Positions 7,856 to 15,689 of a stretch of 32,000 bases of DNA are shown piece after piece. The first letter of the stretch is position 1; each line of letters opens with the position of its first letter. Location of the stretch: contig NZ_CP017260.1 of NCBI RefSeq assembly GCF_001735745.1, positions 2,190,001 to 2,222,000 on the forward strand. The letters run 5' to 3'. Under the pieces are notes generated by a model, which had not been told where the DNA came from, made no database searches, and saw nothing but the letters and a program-made list of their open reading frames with translations. This DNA comes from Formosa sp. Hel1_33_131 (GTDB lineage: Bacteria; Bacteroidota; Bacteroidia; Flavobacteriales; Flavobacteriaceae). A program made the position numbers and the translations under genes.

Positions 7856-7993
7856 ACAAAAGAGCAACGTCACCTACTTTTGTTAAAGGTTAAGATGAAA
7901 TAGTTTTTAATCTTTAAACCGCTACCAAATTTTAATATTTCATATTTTTTCACCATATTGTTCGCTTATTAATCACGACCATAAATTTTCCCT

Positions 7994-9595
7994 ATGAAAA
8001 CATACATTCAAACTATAATTGCTTTGATTTTACCATTTATGTCTTTTGCACAAGAAAAAGGATTAGATGAAAAAATTGACGAAGCATTTCAGCCAGTAGC
8101 AGATGCTTTTTTTGATGCTATATTCTTTCCTATATATAAAGGAGATACAATTACAATTCCATTTGTATTGGTGCTATTAGTAGGTAGTGCATTGTTCTTT
8201 ACTATATATTTTGGATTTCCAAACATTCGTTTTTTCGGAAAAGCAATTAATGTTGTTAGAGGGAAATATGATCATGTTGACCATGGTGTTGCAGAAGCGA
8301 TGTACGGAGATTCTACGCCGGGTGGCGATGCTATTGAAACTATTAAAGATGAAAGTGCGGATGGCGAAGTAAGTCATTTTCAGGCTTTGGCAACGGCGGT
8401 TTCAGGAACGGTTGGAAATGGAAACATTGCAGGGGTTGCTTTAGCGATTGCTTTAGGAGGTCCAGGCGCAACTTTTTGGATGATTGTTTGTGGATTATTG
8501 GGAATGTCAACGAAGTTTGTAGAATGTACTTTAGGAGTTCAATTTAGAGATGTAGGAAAGGACGGAACCGTATATGGAGGTCCTATGTATTATATAAGTA
8601 AAGGTTTAAAATCGAGAGGTTTTGCTAAAATTGGAAAAGTAACCGCTGCTATTTTTGCAGTCTTCTGTATTGGAGGTTCTTTTGGGGGTGGTAATGCTGC
8701 ACAATCCAATCAAGCGACGATTGTTATTAAAGAGTTATTTAATTGGGACAGTACTGCTGCGGGTGCGATCGTTGGAGTTGTATTAGCAGCTTTGGTTGGA
8801 GTCATTATTATTGGAGGTATCAAGCGTATTGCGCAAGTCACTGAAAAAGTAGTGCCTTTTATGGCCGTTATGTATGTGGTAGCGTGTTTGTATATCATCT
8901 TATCTAATTTCACTTTAGTGGACGATGCCATTAGTCTTATTGTTAGAGAAGCATTTAATCCAACTGCTTTTGGAGTTGGATCCGTTATTGGAGTTGTGAT
9001 CGTAGGATTTCAAAGAGCTGCATTTTCAAATGAAGCTGGAGCAGGATCTGCTTCTATTGCACATTCAGCTGTTAAAACAAAATATTCAGCATCTGAAGGG
9101 TTGGTAGCACTTTTAGAACCTTTTATTGATACGGTTGTCATTTGTACTATGACCGCCTTGGTGATTGTGATTTTTAATTTTGGAGGATTCTTCGAATATG
9201 GTGGCGATGGCTCTGGAGTTGTATTTATTGAGGGAGTCGCTTATGAAGGCGCAGGAATCACATCCAAAGCTTTTGCACAATACATACCTTATTCTAATAT
9301 ATTCTTAACGATTGCTGTGGTATTGTTTGCGGTATCGACGATGATTTCATGGTCTTACTACGGCTTACAATCTTGGAAATTTTTATTTGGAAGAGGAAAA
9401 GTAGCTGATTTAGTTTATAAATTATTATTCTTACTGTTTGTAGTCATTGGAGCTGCGGCAAGTATGGGATCTATCTGGAAATTCTCTGATGCAATGATTT
9501 TCGCAATGATCTTCCCGAACATGGTTGGATTGTTCTTCTTATACCCTGTTGTAAAGAGAGAGTTAACTAAATATTTAAAAGCTATCAAGAAATAG
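7994..9595 (+). CDS. Alanine/glycine:cation symporter (AGCS family, sodium:alanine symporter)
   Basis: 533-aa polytopic membrane protein. The N-terminal region (FFTIYFGFPNIRFFGKAINVVRGKYD), QALATAVSGTVGNGNIAGVA and FSNEAGAGSASIAH are characteristic AGCS segments. Confidence 0.85.
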   Translation: MKTYIQTIIALILPFMSFAQEKGLDEKIDEAFQPVADAFFDAIFFPIYKGDTITIPFVLVLLVGSALFFTIYFGFPNIRFFGKAINVVRGKYDHVDHGVAEAMYGDSTPGGDAIETIKDESADGEVSHFQALATAVSGTVGNGNIAGVALAIALGGPGATFWMIVCGLLGMSTKFVECTLGVQFRDVGKDGTVYGGPMYYISKGLKSRGFAKIGKVTAAIFAVFCIGGSFGGGNAAQSNQATIVIKELFNWDSTAAGAIVGVVLAALVGVIIIGGIKRIAQVTEKVVPFMAVMYVVACLYIILSNFTLVDDAISLIVREAFNPTAFGVGSVIGVVIVGFQRAAFSNEAGAGSASIAHSAVKTKYSASEGLVALLEPFIDTVVICTMTALVIVIFNFGGFFEYGGDGSGVVFIEGVAYEGAGITSKAFAQYIPYSNIFLTIAVVLFAVSTMISWSYYGLQSWKFLFGRGKVADLVYKLLFLLFVVIGAAASMGSIWKFSDAMIFAMIFPNMVGLFFLYPVVKRELTKYLKAIKK

Positions 9596-9611
9596 ATATG
9601 GTTGCCCCCAA

Positions 9612-10478
9612 ATGAAATTTTACACCTACTTTTCACGCCAACAACGCTTGGCTGTCATCGTATTGATGCTCGTTATCATTTCGATGCAACTCTCTTGGGT
9701 GTCTTATAATGAATTACGCGCAGATACTTTTGATATTGCACCCGAAACCTATTTGAAGTTTCAAAAAGAGGTGGACAGTTTAATAGCAAAACAACGGCAA
9801 AACTCTGCTCCAAAAATATATCCTTTCAATCCAAATTATATAACCGATTATAAAGGCTATTCCCTTGGAATGAGTGCAGAAGAAATCAATCGGCTGCATG
9901 CGTATAGAGCCAAAAATAAATGGGTAAATACAAATAAAGAATTTCAACGTATTACCAACGTATCGGATTCACTACTTAAGAAGATAGCCCCTTATTTTAA
10001 ATTCCCCGACTGGGTGACGAAATCCACTAAAAAATCGTCATCAACCGCTTCTACTTCTACCAATACATTTGCGAAAAAAATCGATTTAAACAAAGCAACC
10101 GCCAAGCAGCTTCAAAAGGTGCACGGCATTGGTGCTTTTTATTCCGAACGGATCGTACGATTAAGAGATTCTTTTGAAGGCGGGTTTATTTCGGATCTCC
10201 AATTACAAGGAATTCAAGGGTTGACCCCAGAAGTGATTGTGAATATTCTTAAAGATTTTACAGTCAAAACGCCAAGGGTTATCGAAAAAATTGACTTAAA
10301 TTCTGCCACAATTGCACAATTAGTGAGCATTGAGTATATCGATTATGAACTGGCGTATGAGATCATAGAATTGCGAATGTTAAGAGATGGTTACAGTGCT
10401 ATTGAGGAATTAACAAAAGTTAAAGATTTTCCCACGGAAAAGTTAGAAATTATTAAATTATATTTGTCACTCAACTAA
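9612..10478 (+). CDS. ComEA-like helix-hairpin-helix DNA-binding protein with an N-terminal membrane anchor
   Basis: 288 aa with two HhH units (IDLNKATAKQLQKVHGIGAFYSERIVRLR and IDLNSATIAQLVSIEYIDYELAYEIIELR) and an N-terminal hydrophobic helix. Confidence 0.7.
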   Translation: MKFYTYFSRQQRLAVIVLMLVIISMQLSWVSYNELRADTFDIAPETYLKFQKEVDSLIAKQRQNSAPKIYPFNPNYITDYKGYSLGMSAEEINRLHAYRAKNKWVNTNKEFQRITNVSDSLLKKIAPYFKFPDWVTKSTKKSSSTASTSTNTFAKKIDLNKATAKQLQKVHGIGAFYSERIVRLRDSFEGGFISDLQLQGIQGLTPEVIVNILKDFTVKTPRVIEKIDLNSATIAQLVSIEYIDYELAYEIIELRMLRDGYSAIEELTKVKDFPTEKLEIIKLYLSLN

Positions 10479-10485
10479 ATTAGAT

Positions 10486-11625
10486 ATGGATTTTAATTAT
10501 TCAGAAGAACAGAATTTGATTGCCAATGCTGCTAAAGAATTTGCAGAGCAATACATCAGACCACACATCATGGAGTGGGATGAATCTCAGCATTTCCCTG
10601 CAGATGTACTTCACAAAGCTGGTGAAATGGGTTTTATGGGGGTTTTTATCCCTGAAAAATATGGAGGTTCTGGATTTGGATATCACGAGTACATTGCTAT
10701 TATCGAAGAAATATCTAAAGTAGATCCTTCAATAGGACTGTCCATTGCTGCACATAATTCACTTTGTACAGGCCATATTTACTATTTTGGAAACGAAGCT
10801 CAGAAGCAAAAATGGCTTCCAAAACTAGCCACAGGGGAGTGGATTGGTGCTTGGGGACTCACAGAACACAACACAGGGAGTGATGCTGGGGGAATGAATA
10901 CAACCGCTATTAAAGATGGTGATCATTATATATTAAATGGTTCTAAGAATTTCATCACGCATGGCCGTAGTGGGAATATCGCTGTGGTGATTGCCCGAAC
11001 GGGCGAAAAAGGAGACTCTCACGGGATGTCCGCTTTTGTGGTTGAGAAAGGAACACCAGGTTTTGCCTCTGGTAAAAAAGAAGACAAATTAGGAATGCGT
11101 GCGAGTGAAACCGCTGAATTAGTATTTGATAACTGCCGCATCCATAAAGACAACTTATTAGGAGAAGAAGGCGAAGGTTTTGTCCAATCTCTAAAAATCT
11201 TAGATGGTGGACGGATTTCTATTGGTGCATTATCCTTAGGAATTTCAAAAGGAGCCTATGAAGCCTCCTTAAAATATGCCAAAGAACGCGTTCAGTTTGG
11301 AAAACCTATTGCAAGTTTTCAGGGAATATCGTTCAAGCTAGCAGATATGGCAACAGAAATTGAAGCCTCAGAACTGTTGTTACACAAATCAGCTTTTTTG
11401 AAAAATAATGGAGAAAAAGTCACCACACTAGGGGCTATGGCAAAAATGTTTGCCAGTGAATCTTGTGTCAAAATAGCCAATGATGCCGTCCAAATTCATG
11501 GCGGTTATGGGTATACGAAAGACTATCCAGTAGAAAAATTTTACAGAGATTCAAAATTATGTACTATAGGAGAAGGGACCACTGAAATACAAAAGGTAGT
11601 CATCTCAAGAAATATTTTAAAATAA
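10486..11625 (+). CDS. Acyl-CoA dehydrogenase (short/branched-chain type)
   Basis: 379 aa with a full-length ACAD pattern (GAWGLTEHNTGSDAGG, catalytic-base region IGEGTTEIQ, QIHGGYGYTKDYPVEKFYRD). Confidence 0.9.
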   Translation: MDFNYSEEQNLIANAAKEFAEQYIRPHIMEWDESQHFPADVLHKAGEMGFMGVFIPEKYGGSGFGYHEYIAIIEEISKVDPSIGLSIAAHNSLCTGHIYYFGNEAQKQKWLPKLATGEWIGAWGLTEHNTGSDAGGMNTTAIKDGDHYILNGSKNFITHGRSGNIAVVIARTGEKGDSHGMSAFVVEKGTPGFASGKKEDKLGMRASETAELVFDNCRIHKDNLLGEEGEGFVQSLKILDGGRISIGALSLGISKGAYEASLKYAKERVQFGKPIASFQGISFKLADMATEIEASELLLHKSAFLKNNGEKVTTLGAMAKMFASESCVKIANDAVQIHGGYGYTKDYPVEKFYRDSKLCTIGEGTTEIQKVVISRNILK

Positions 11626-11628
11626 CTA

Positions 11629-11657
11629 TTGCAGAACAATAATTAAGTTTATATTTG
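11629..11657 (+). promoter_or_regulatory. Putative promoter of rpsU (-33 TTG / -7 TAnnTTTG)
   Basis: TTG at 11629-11631, an 18-nt spacer, then TATATTTG at 11650-11657. Confidence 0.5.
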
Positions 11658-11692
11658 CACACGAAATCTAAAAGAGGGGAGGTTAAAAGACT

Positions 11693-11887
11693 ATGTTAAT
11701 AATACCAATAAAAGAAGGAGAAAATATAGACAGAGCGCTAAAACGTTTCAAGCGAAAGTTTGATAAAACGGGAACAAAGCGATCTTTACAAACGCGCAAG
11801 CAATTTATAAAGCCATCTGTGAAACGTAGAGCACAAATTCAAAAAGCTCAGTACATTCAAGGATTAAGAGACGCTGAAAACCTATAA
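11693..11887 (+). CDS. rpsU: 30S ribosomal protein S21
   Basis: 64-aa basic protein; ALKRFKRKFDKTGTKRSLQTRKQFIKPSVKRR is the S21 signature region. Confidence 0.95.
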   Translation: MLIIPIKEGENIDRALKRFKRKFDKTGTKRSLQTRKQFIKPSVKRRAQIQKAQYIQGLRDAENL

Positions 11888-11909
11888 GTTTTCAAAATCA
11901 ATACAAGTC

Positions 11910-11939
11910 AAAGCACCTTTTCATTAAGGTGCTTTTTTT
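11910..11939 (+). terminator. Rho-independent terminator after rpsU
   Basis: Stem AAAGCACCTT (11910-11919) / AAGGTGCTTT (11926-11935), followed by TTTTT. Confidence 0.75.
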
Positions 11940-11981
11940 GTTTAAAACAGTTTCAAGACTGCATAGTAAATGTTAAAAAAT

Positions 11982-12011
11982 TTGGTCAATTCATTTTTTT
12001 TATTAACTTTG
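11982..12011 (+). promoter_or_regulatory. Putative promoter (-33 TTG / -7 TAnnTTTG)
   Basis: TTG at 11982-11984, a 19-nt spacer, then TAACTTTG at 12004-12011, upstream of the ATG at 12035. Confidence 0.45.
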
Positions 12012-12034
12012 ATTCAACCCAATCTTATATAACT

Positions 12035-12421
12035 ATGAACACAAAATCTTTTTTCCTATCCGGTATCGTTGGTACCATTGTTTGTTTCCTTCTGGGATTC
12101 CTTTTTTACGGTCTCATTTTTTCAGATCTTCACACTGAAGATACTGATCCAGACATGCTATTCATTTTTCTAGGCTGCTTATTTTATGCCTTTACATTCG
12201 CACTCATTTTTAGCCGTTGGGCACACATTACTACGTTTAACTCAGGTGCCAAAGCGGGTTTCTTAATTGGTCTTCTGTGGTCACTTAGCGTAAATTTCTT
12301 TATGAGTTCTTCCGAGGGTGTTTTAGATTCTAATTTTGCGATTATGATCGCTATTGACGCAGTGTCTGCTGCCATCATGGGCGGCGTGATTGCTTTGGTC
12401 ATAGGAAAGACAAAAGCCTAA
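12035..12421 (+). CDS. Small integral membrane protein (about four TM helices; possibly DUF1761-like)
   Basis: 128 aa with four hydrophobic stretches. The GFLFYGLIF motif near the N-terminus is reminiscent of DUF1761. Weak assignment. Confidence 0.45.
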   Translation: MNTKSFFLSGIVGTIVCFLLGFLFYGLIFSDLHTEDTDPDMLFIFLGCLFYAFTFALIFSRWAHITTFNSGAKAGFLIGLLWSLSVNFFMSSSEGVLDSNFAIMIAIDAVSAAIMGGVIALVIGKTKA

Positions 12422-12519
12422 AACATTTGAAATACTATAAATCTCCCATTGGAAACCTTATGTTTTTAGTGGGGAGTTCATAATATTTTGTGTATCTTGG
12501 AATGGTAAAATAAAAAGGA

Positions 12520-13407
12520 ATGCGCGTCCAAAAATTTATTGATTACTTACTGCTAGAGAAAAAATATTCTCCACACACAGTTGTAGCCTATCAAAATGAT
12601 ATAAAAGCATTTCAAGTGTTTTTAACTCAGGAGTTTTCCGATTCAGAAGTTTCAACTGCCAATTACTCACAAATACGATCTTGGATTGTTCAACTGGTAG
12701 ATCGTACTATTTCCAATCGAACCATCAATCGAAAGATATCGTCCTTAAACAGTTATTATAAATTTTTATTGAAGACCCAATCTATTGAAACCAATCCTTT
12801 AATGAAGCATAAAGCGCTGAAGGTGAGTAAAAAGATACAAATACCCTTTTCTGAAACAGAAGTTAATTCCGTATTGAATAGTATTCAAACAGACACTTTT
12901 GAAGGATTAAGAGACAAACTTATTGTAGAGCTTTTTTATTCTACGGGGATGCGTCGCATAGAGTTGGCACAACTGCAACTCCAAGACGTTGATTTATCTC
13001 AAGGACAGATAAAGGTATTAGGAAAGCGAAATAAAGAACGCTTTATCCCGTTATTGCCTTCCGTCATGGATACGTTTGAGAGTTATCTTTCGGAACGTTT
13101 AAAGCTGGAAAGTATAAAAGACCCCTCCATTCTTTTTCTAACCAAAAAAGGAACGAAGGTCTATGAGGTGTTGGTGTATAGAATCATTACACGTTATTTT
13201 GACAGCGTTTCATCTAAAGTTAAAAAAAGTCCGCACATTTTGAGGCATTCTTTTGCGACCCATTTATTAAACAATGGCGCAGATTTAAATGCTGTTAAGG
13301 AACTTTTAGGACATTCGAGTTTGGCAGCGACTCAGGTCTATACCCACAACAGTGTTGCAGAACTCAAAAAAGTATATGAAAAATCACACCCTAGGAATTT
13401 ATCCTAG
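12520..13407 (+). CDS. Tyrosine recombinase, XerC/XerD-like
   Basis: 295 aa with an N-terminal SAM-like core-binding domain. The catalytic region has GMRRIEL (Arg), HILRHSFATHLL (H-x-x-R) and LLGHSSLAATQVYTH (His/Tyr). Confidence 0.85.
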   Translation: MRVQKFIDYLLLEKKYSPHTVVAYQNDIKAFQVFLTQEFSDSEVSTANYSQIRSWIVQLVDRTISNRTINRKISSLNSYYKFLLKTQSIETNPLMKHKALKVSKKIQIPFSETEVNSVLNSIQTDTFEGLRDKLIVELFYSTGMRRIELAQLQLQDVDLSQGQIKVLGKRNKERFIPLLPSVMDTFESYLSERLKLESIKDPSILFLTKKGTKVYEVLVYRIITRYFDSVSSKVKKSPHILRHSFATHLLNNGADLNAVKELLGHSSLAATQVYTHNSVAELKKVYEKSHPRNLS

Positions 13408-13436
13408 GATTATAATCTAACCTTAAAAATTACACT

Positions 13437-13739
13437 ATGAAAGTACACACACAATCCGTTAATTTTCATGCCGATCAAAAATTAATTGACTTTATTCAGA
13501 AACGAATGGACAAATTAGATTTATTTTTTGATAAAATCATTAAATCAAATGTTTATTTGAAGGTCGAAAATACATCCGCAAAAGAAAATAAAATATTTGA
13601 AGTTCAGCTCTCCATCCCTGGTGATATCATCGTTATAAAGAAGGTTTCTAAGACTTTTGAAGAGGGATTAGATGCTGCTGTACATTCATTAGAAAGACAG
13701 TTAAAAAAGCGAAAAGAAAAATTAAGACAATTTTCGTGA
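13437..13739 (+). CDS. hpf: Ribosome hibernation promoting factor / RaiA family (short form)
   Basis: 100 aa; the pattern MKVHTQSVNFHADQKLIDFIQKRMDKL ... DAAVHSLERQLKKRKEK is typical of HPF/YfiA. Confidence 0.85.
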   Translation: MKVHTQSVNFHADQKLIDFIQKRMDKLDLFFDKIIKSNVYLKVENTSAKENKIFEVQLSIPGDIIVIKKVSKTFEEGLDAAVHSLERQLKKRKEKLRQFS

Positions 13740-13758
13740 AAATTTTACAAAAAATGTT

Positions 13759-13787
13759 TTGAAACAAGAAAAATATATATACATTTG
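13759..13787 (+). promoter_or_regulatory. Putative promoter of the tRNA-tuf operon (-33 TTG / -7 TAnnTTTG)
   Basis: TTG at 13759-13761, an 18-nt spacer, then TACATTTG at 13780-13787, about 50 nt before tRNA-Thr. Confidence 0.5.
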
Positions 13788-13839
13788 CAGTCCGTTAGAA
13801 ATAGCGGGCTTTTTTAGTGCCTAATTGTACTGAGGAAAA

Positions 13840-13913
13840 GCCGATGTAGCTCAGCTGGCTAGAGCAGCTGATTTGTAATCAGCAGGTCGTGGGTTCGAGT
13901 CCCTCCATCGGCT
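13840..13913 (+). tRNA. tRNA-Thr (anticodon UGU)
   Basis: Hand-folded cloverleaf: acceptor GCCGATG/CATCGGC, D-arm GCTC-AGCTGGCTA-GAGC, anticodon arm GCTGA-TTTGTAA-TCAGC, T-loop TTCGAGT. There is one U-U mismatch in the T-stem. No CCA is encoded. Confidence 0.85.
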
Positions 13914-14006
13914 CTGAAATATTGAATAGCGCACAGGGAGTTAAAAGAATGTAATACACATTGTTTTAGCTTGGGACGAGAAGTTTATCCTGAGTGTCGT
14001 CGAAGG

Positions 14007-14024
14007 GAGTCCCTCCATCGGCTC
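14007..14024 (+). repeat. Orphan copy of the tRNA-Thr(UGU) 3' end (att-like direct repeat)
   Basis: GAGTCCCTCCATCGGCTC at 14007-14024 is identical to 13897-13914, which is the T-loop 3' part, the acceptor 3' strand and one further base of tRNA-Thr. Confidence 0.8.
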
Positions 14025-14060
14025 AAGTTCTTTTAAAGAGTGAAATATAATTTAAATTGA

Positions 14061-14142
<82 letters not shown>

Positions 14143-14171
14143 CATTTTGAATGAATGGATTAAATTAAATT

Positions 14172-14244
14172 GCGAGAGTAGCTCAGTTGGTAGAGCGTCA
14201 GCCTTCCAAGCTGAATGTCGCCGGTTCGAACCCGGTCTCTCGCT
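14172..14244 (+). tRNA. tRNA-Gly (anticodon UCC)
   Basis: Acceptor GCGAGAG/CTCTCGC, anticodon arm TCAGC-CTTCCAA-GCTGA, and T-arm GCCGG-TTCGAAC-CCGGT. Confidence 0.9.
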
Positions 14245-14257
14245 CAAGGCGAATGTT

Positions 14258-14275
14258 GTCACGCTTCGGCGTGAC
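14258..14275 (+). other. Perfect hairpin in the tRNA-Gly/tRNA-Thr spacer
   Basis: GTCACGC-TTCG-GCGTGAC (7-bp stem, 4-nt loop). It shares its core, TCACGC..GCGTGA, with the hairpin in each unit of the tRNA-Trp-derived array. Confidence 0.7.
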
Positions 14276-14294
14276 CTTTCGCTCTATTTTTTTG

Positions 14295-14366
14295 GCCGGT
14301 GTAGCTCAGGGGTAGAGCGTTTCCTTGGTAAGGAAGAGGCCACGGGTTCAATTCCCGTCATTGGCT
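14295..14366 (+). tRNA. tRNA-Thr (anticodon GGU)
   Basis: Acceptor GCCGGTG/CATTGGC (two G-U pairs), anticodon arm TTTCC-TTGGTAA-GGAAG, and T-arm ACGGG-TTCAATT-CCCGT. Confidence 0.85.
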
Positions 14367-14440
14367 CTTTTTTTTGATTAAATGAATTGAATATAATAAG
14401 ATTACTAAATATTAATATAACTAAGAATAAATTTTAAAAC

Positions 14441-15628
14441 ATGGCAAAGGCAACTTTCGATCGTTCAAAACCACACTTAAACATTGGTACCATTGGACAC
14501 GTAGATCACGGTAAAACAACTTTAACTGCTGCTATTACTAAAGTATTAGCTGATGCAGGTTTCTCAGAAGCAAGATCATTCGATCAGATTGATAATGCTC
14601 CAGAAGAAAAAGAAAGAGGTATCACAATTAATACTTCTCACGTAGAATATGCAACAGCAAATCGTCATTACGCTCACGTTGACTGTCCAGGTCACGCGGA
14701 TTACGTAAAGAACATGGTTACTGGTGCTGCACAAATGGATGGTGCGATCTTAGTAGTTGCTGCTACAGATGGTCCTATGCCACAAACTCGTGAGCACATC
14801 CTTTTAGGACGCCAAGTTGGTATTCCAAGAATGGTTGTATTTTTAAATAAAGTTGACATGGTTGACGATGAAGAGCTTTTAGAGCTTGTTGACATGGAAG
14901 TAAGAGATTTATTAAACTTTTACGATTACGATGGTGATAATGGACCTGTTGTATCAGGATCTGCACTTGGAGCTCTTAACGGAGAGAAAAAGTGGGTTGA
15001 TTCTGTATTAGAGCTTATGGAAGCTGTTGATGTATGGATTGAATTACCAGTTCGTGATGTTGAAAAAGATTTCTTAATGCCTATTGAAGATGTATTCTCA
15101 ATTACAGGTCGTGGTACAGTTGCTACGGGTAGAATTGAAACGGGTATCGCAAATACTGGAGATCCTGTTGAGATTATCGGTATGGGTGCTGAAAAATTAA
15201 ACTCTACGATTACAGGAATTGAAATGTTCCGTCAAATATTAGATAGAGGTGAAGCTGGAGATAATGCAGGTATCTTATTAAGAGGTATTGAAAAATCACA
15301 GATTTCTAGAGGTATGGTTATTACCAAGCCAGGTTCAGTAACTCCACATGCTAAATTCAAAGCTGAGGTTTATATCCTTAAAAAAGAAGAAGGTGGACGT
15401 CACACTCCATTCCATACAAACTACCGTCCACAGTTTTATGTGCGTACAACAGATGTTACAGGAAATATTGCTTTACCATCAGGAGTAGAAATGGTAATGC
15501 CAGGAGATAACTTGACAATTGAGGTTGATTTAATTCAAGCAATTGCAATGCATGTTGGACTTCGTTTTGCGATTCGTGAAGGTGGTAGAACTGTAGGTGC
15601 AGGTCAGGTGACTGAGATTTTAGACTAA
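14441..15628 (+). CDS. tuf: Translation elongation factor Tu
   Basis: 395 aa with [18 protein letters not shown] and NKVD GTPase motifs, and EF-Tu-like sequence over the full length. Confidence 0.98.
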   Translation: MAKATFDRSKPHLNIGTIGHVDHGKTTLTAAITKVLADAGFSEARSFDQIDNAPEEKERGITINTSHVEYATANRHYAHVDCPGHADYVKNMVTGAAQMDGAILVVAATDGPMPQTREHILLGRQVGIPRMVVFLNKVDMVDDEELLELVDMEVRDLLNFYDYDGDNGPVVSGSALGALNGEKKWVDSVLELMEAVDVWIELPVRDVEKDFLMPIEDVFSITGRGTVATGRIETGIANTGDPVEIIGMGAEKLNSTITGIEMFRQILDRGEAGDNAGILLRGIEKSQISRGMVITKPGSVTPHAKFKAEVYILKKEEGGRHTPFHTNYRPQFYVRTTDVTGNIALPSGVEMVMPGDNLTIEVDLIQAIAMHVGLRFAIREGGRTVGAGQVTEILD

Positions 15629-15650
15629 TATTATTAGACTAATACTTGTA

Positions 15651-15678
15651 AAGGTGTCTCGATTTATCGAGATACCTT
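15651..15678 (+). terminator. Stem-loop after tuf (possible attenuator or processing hairpin)
   Basis: AAGGTGTCTCGA (15651-15662) / TCGAGATACCTT (15667-15678): a 12-bp stem with one G-U pair and a TTTA loop. No strong T-run follows, so read-through is likely. Confidence 0.4.
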
Positions 15679-15689
15679 AACTTGTATTT

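Noticed and set aside
7856-7993. Glycine riboswitch upstream of the alanine/glycine:cation symporter
   Set aside because: AGCS genes are often glycine-riboswitch regulated. However, the 138-bp leader is AT-rich and lacks the conserved GGAGAG / CACCG / CTCTGGAGAG-type core segments I would expect.
12422-12519. Terminator hairpin after the small membrane-protein gene (CTCCC...GGGAG around 12443-12476)
   Set aside because: It has only a 5-bp stem with a ~25-nt loop and a weak T-tract, which is not convincing.
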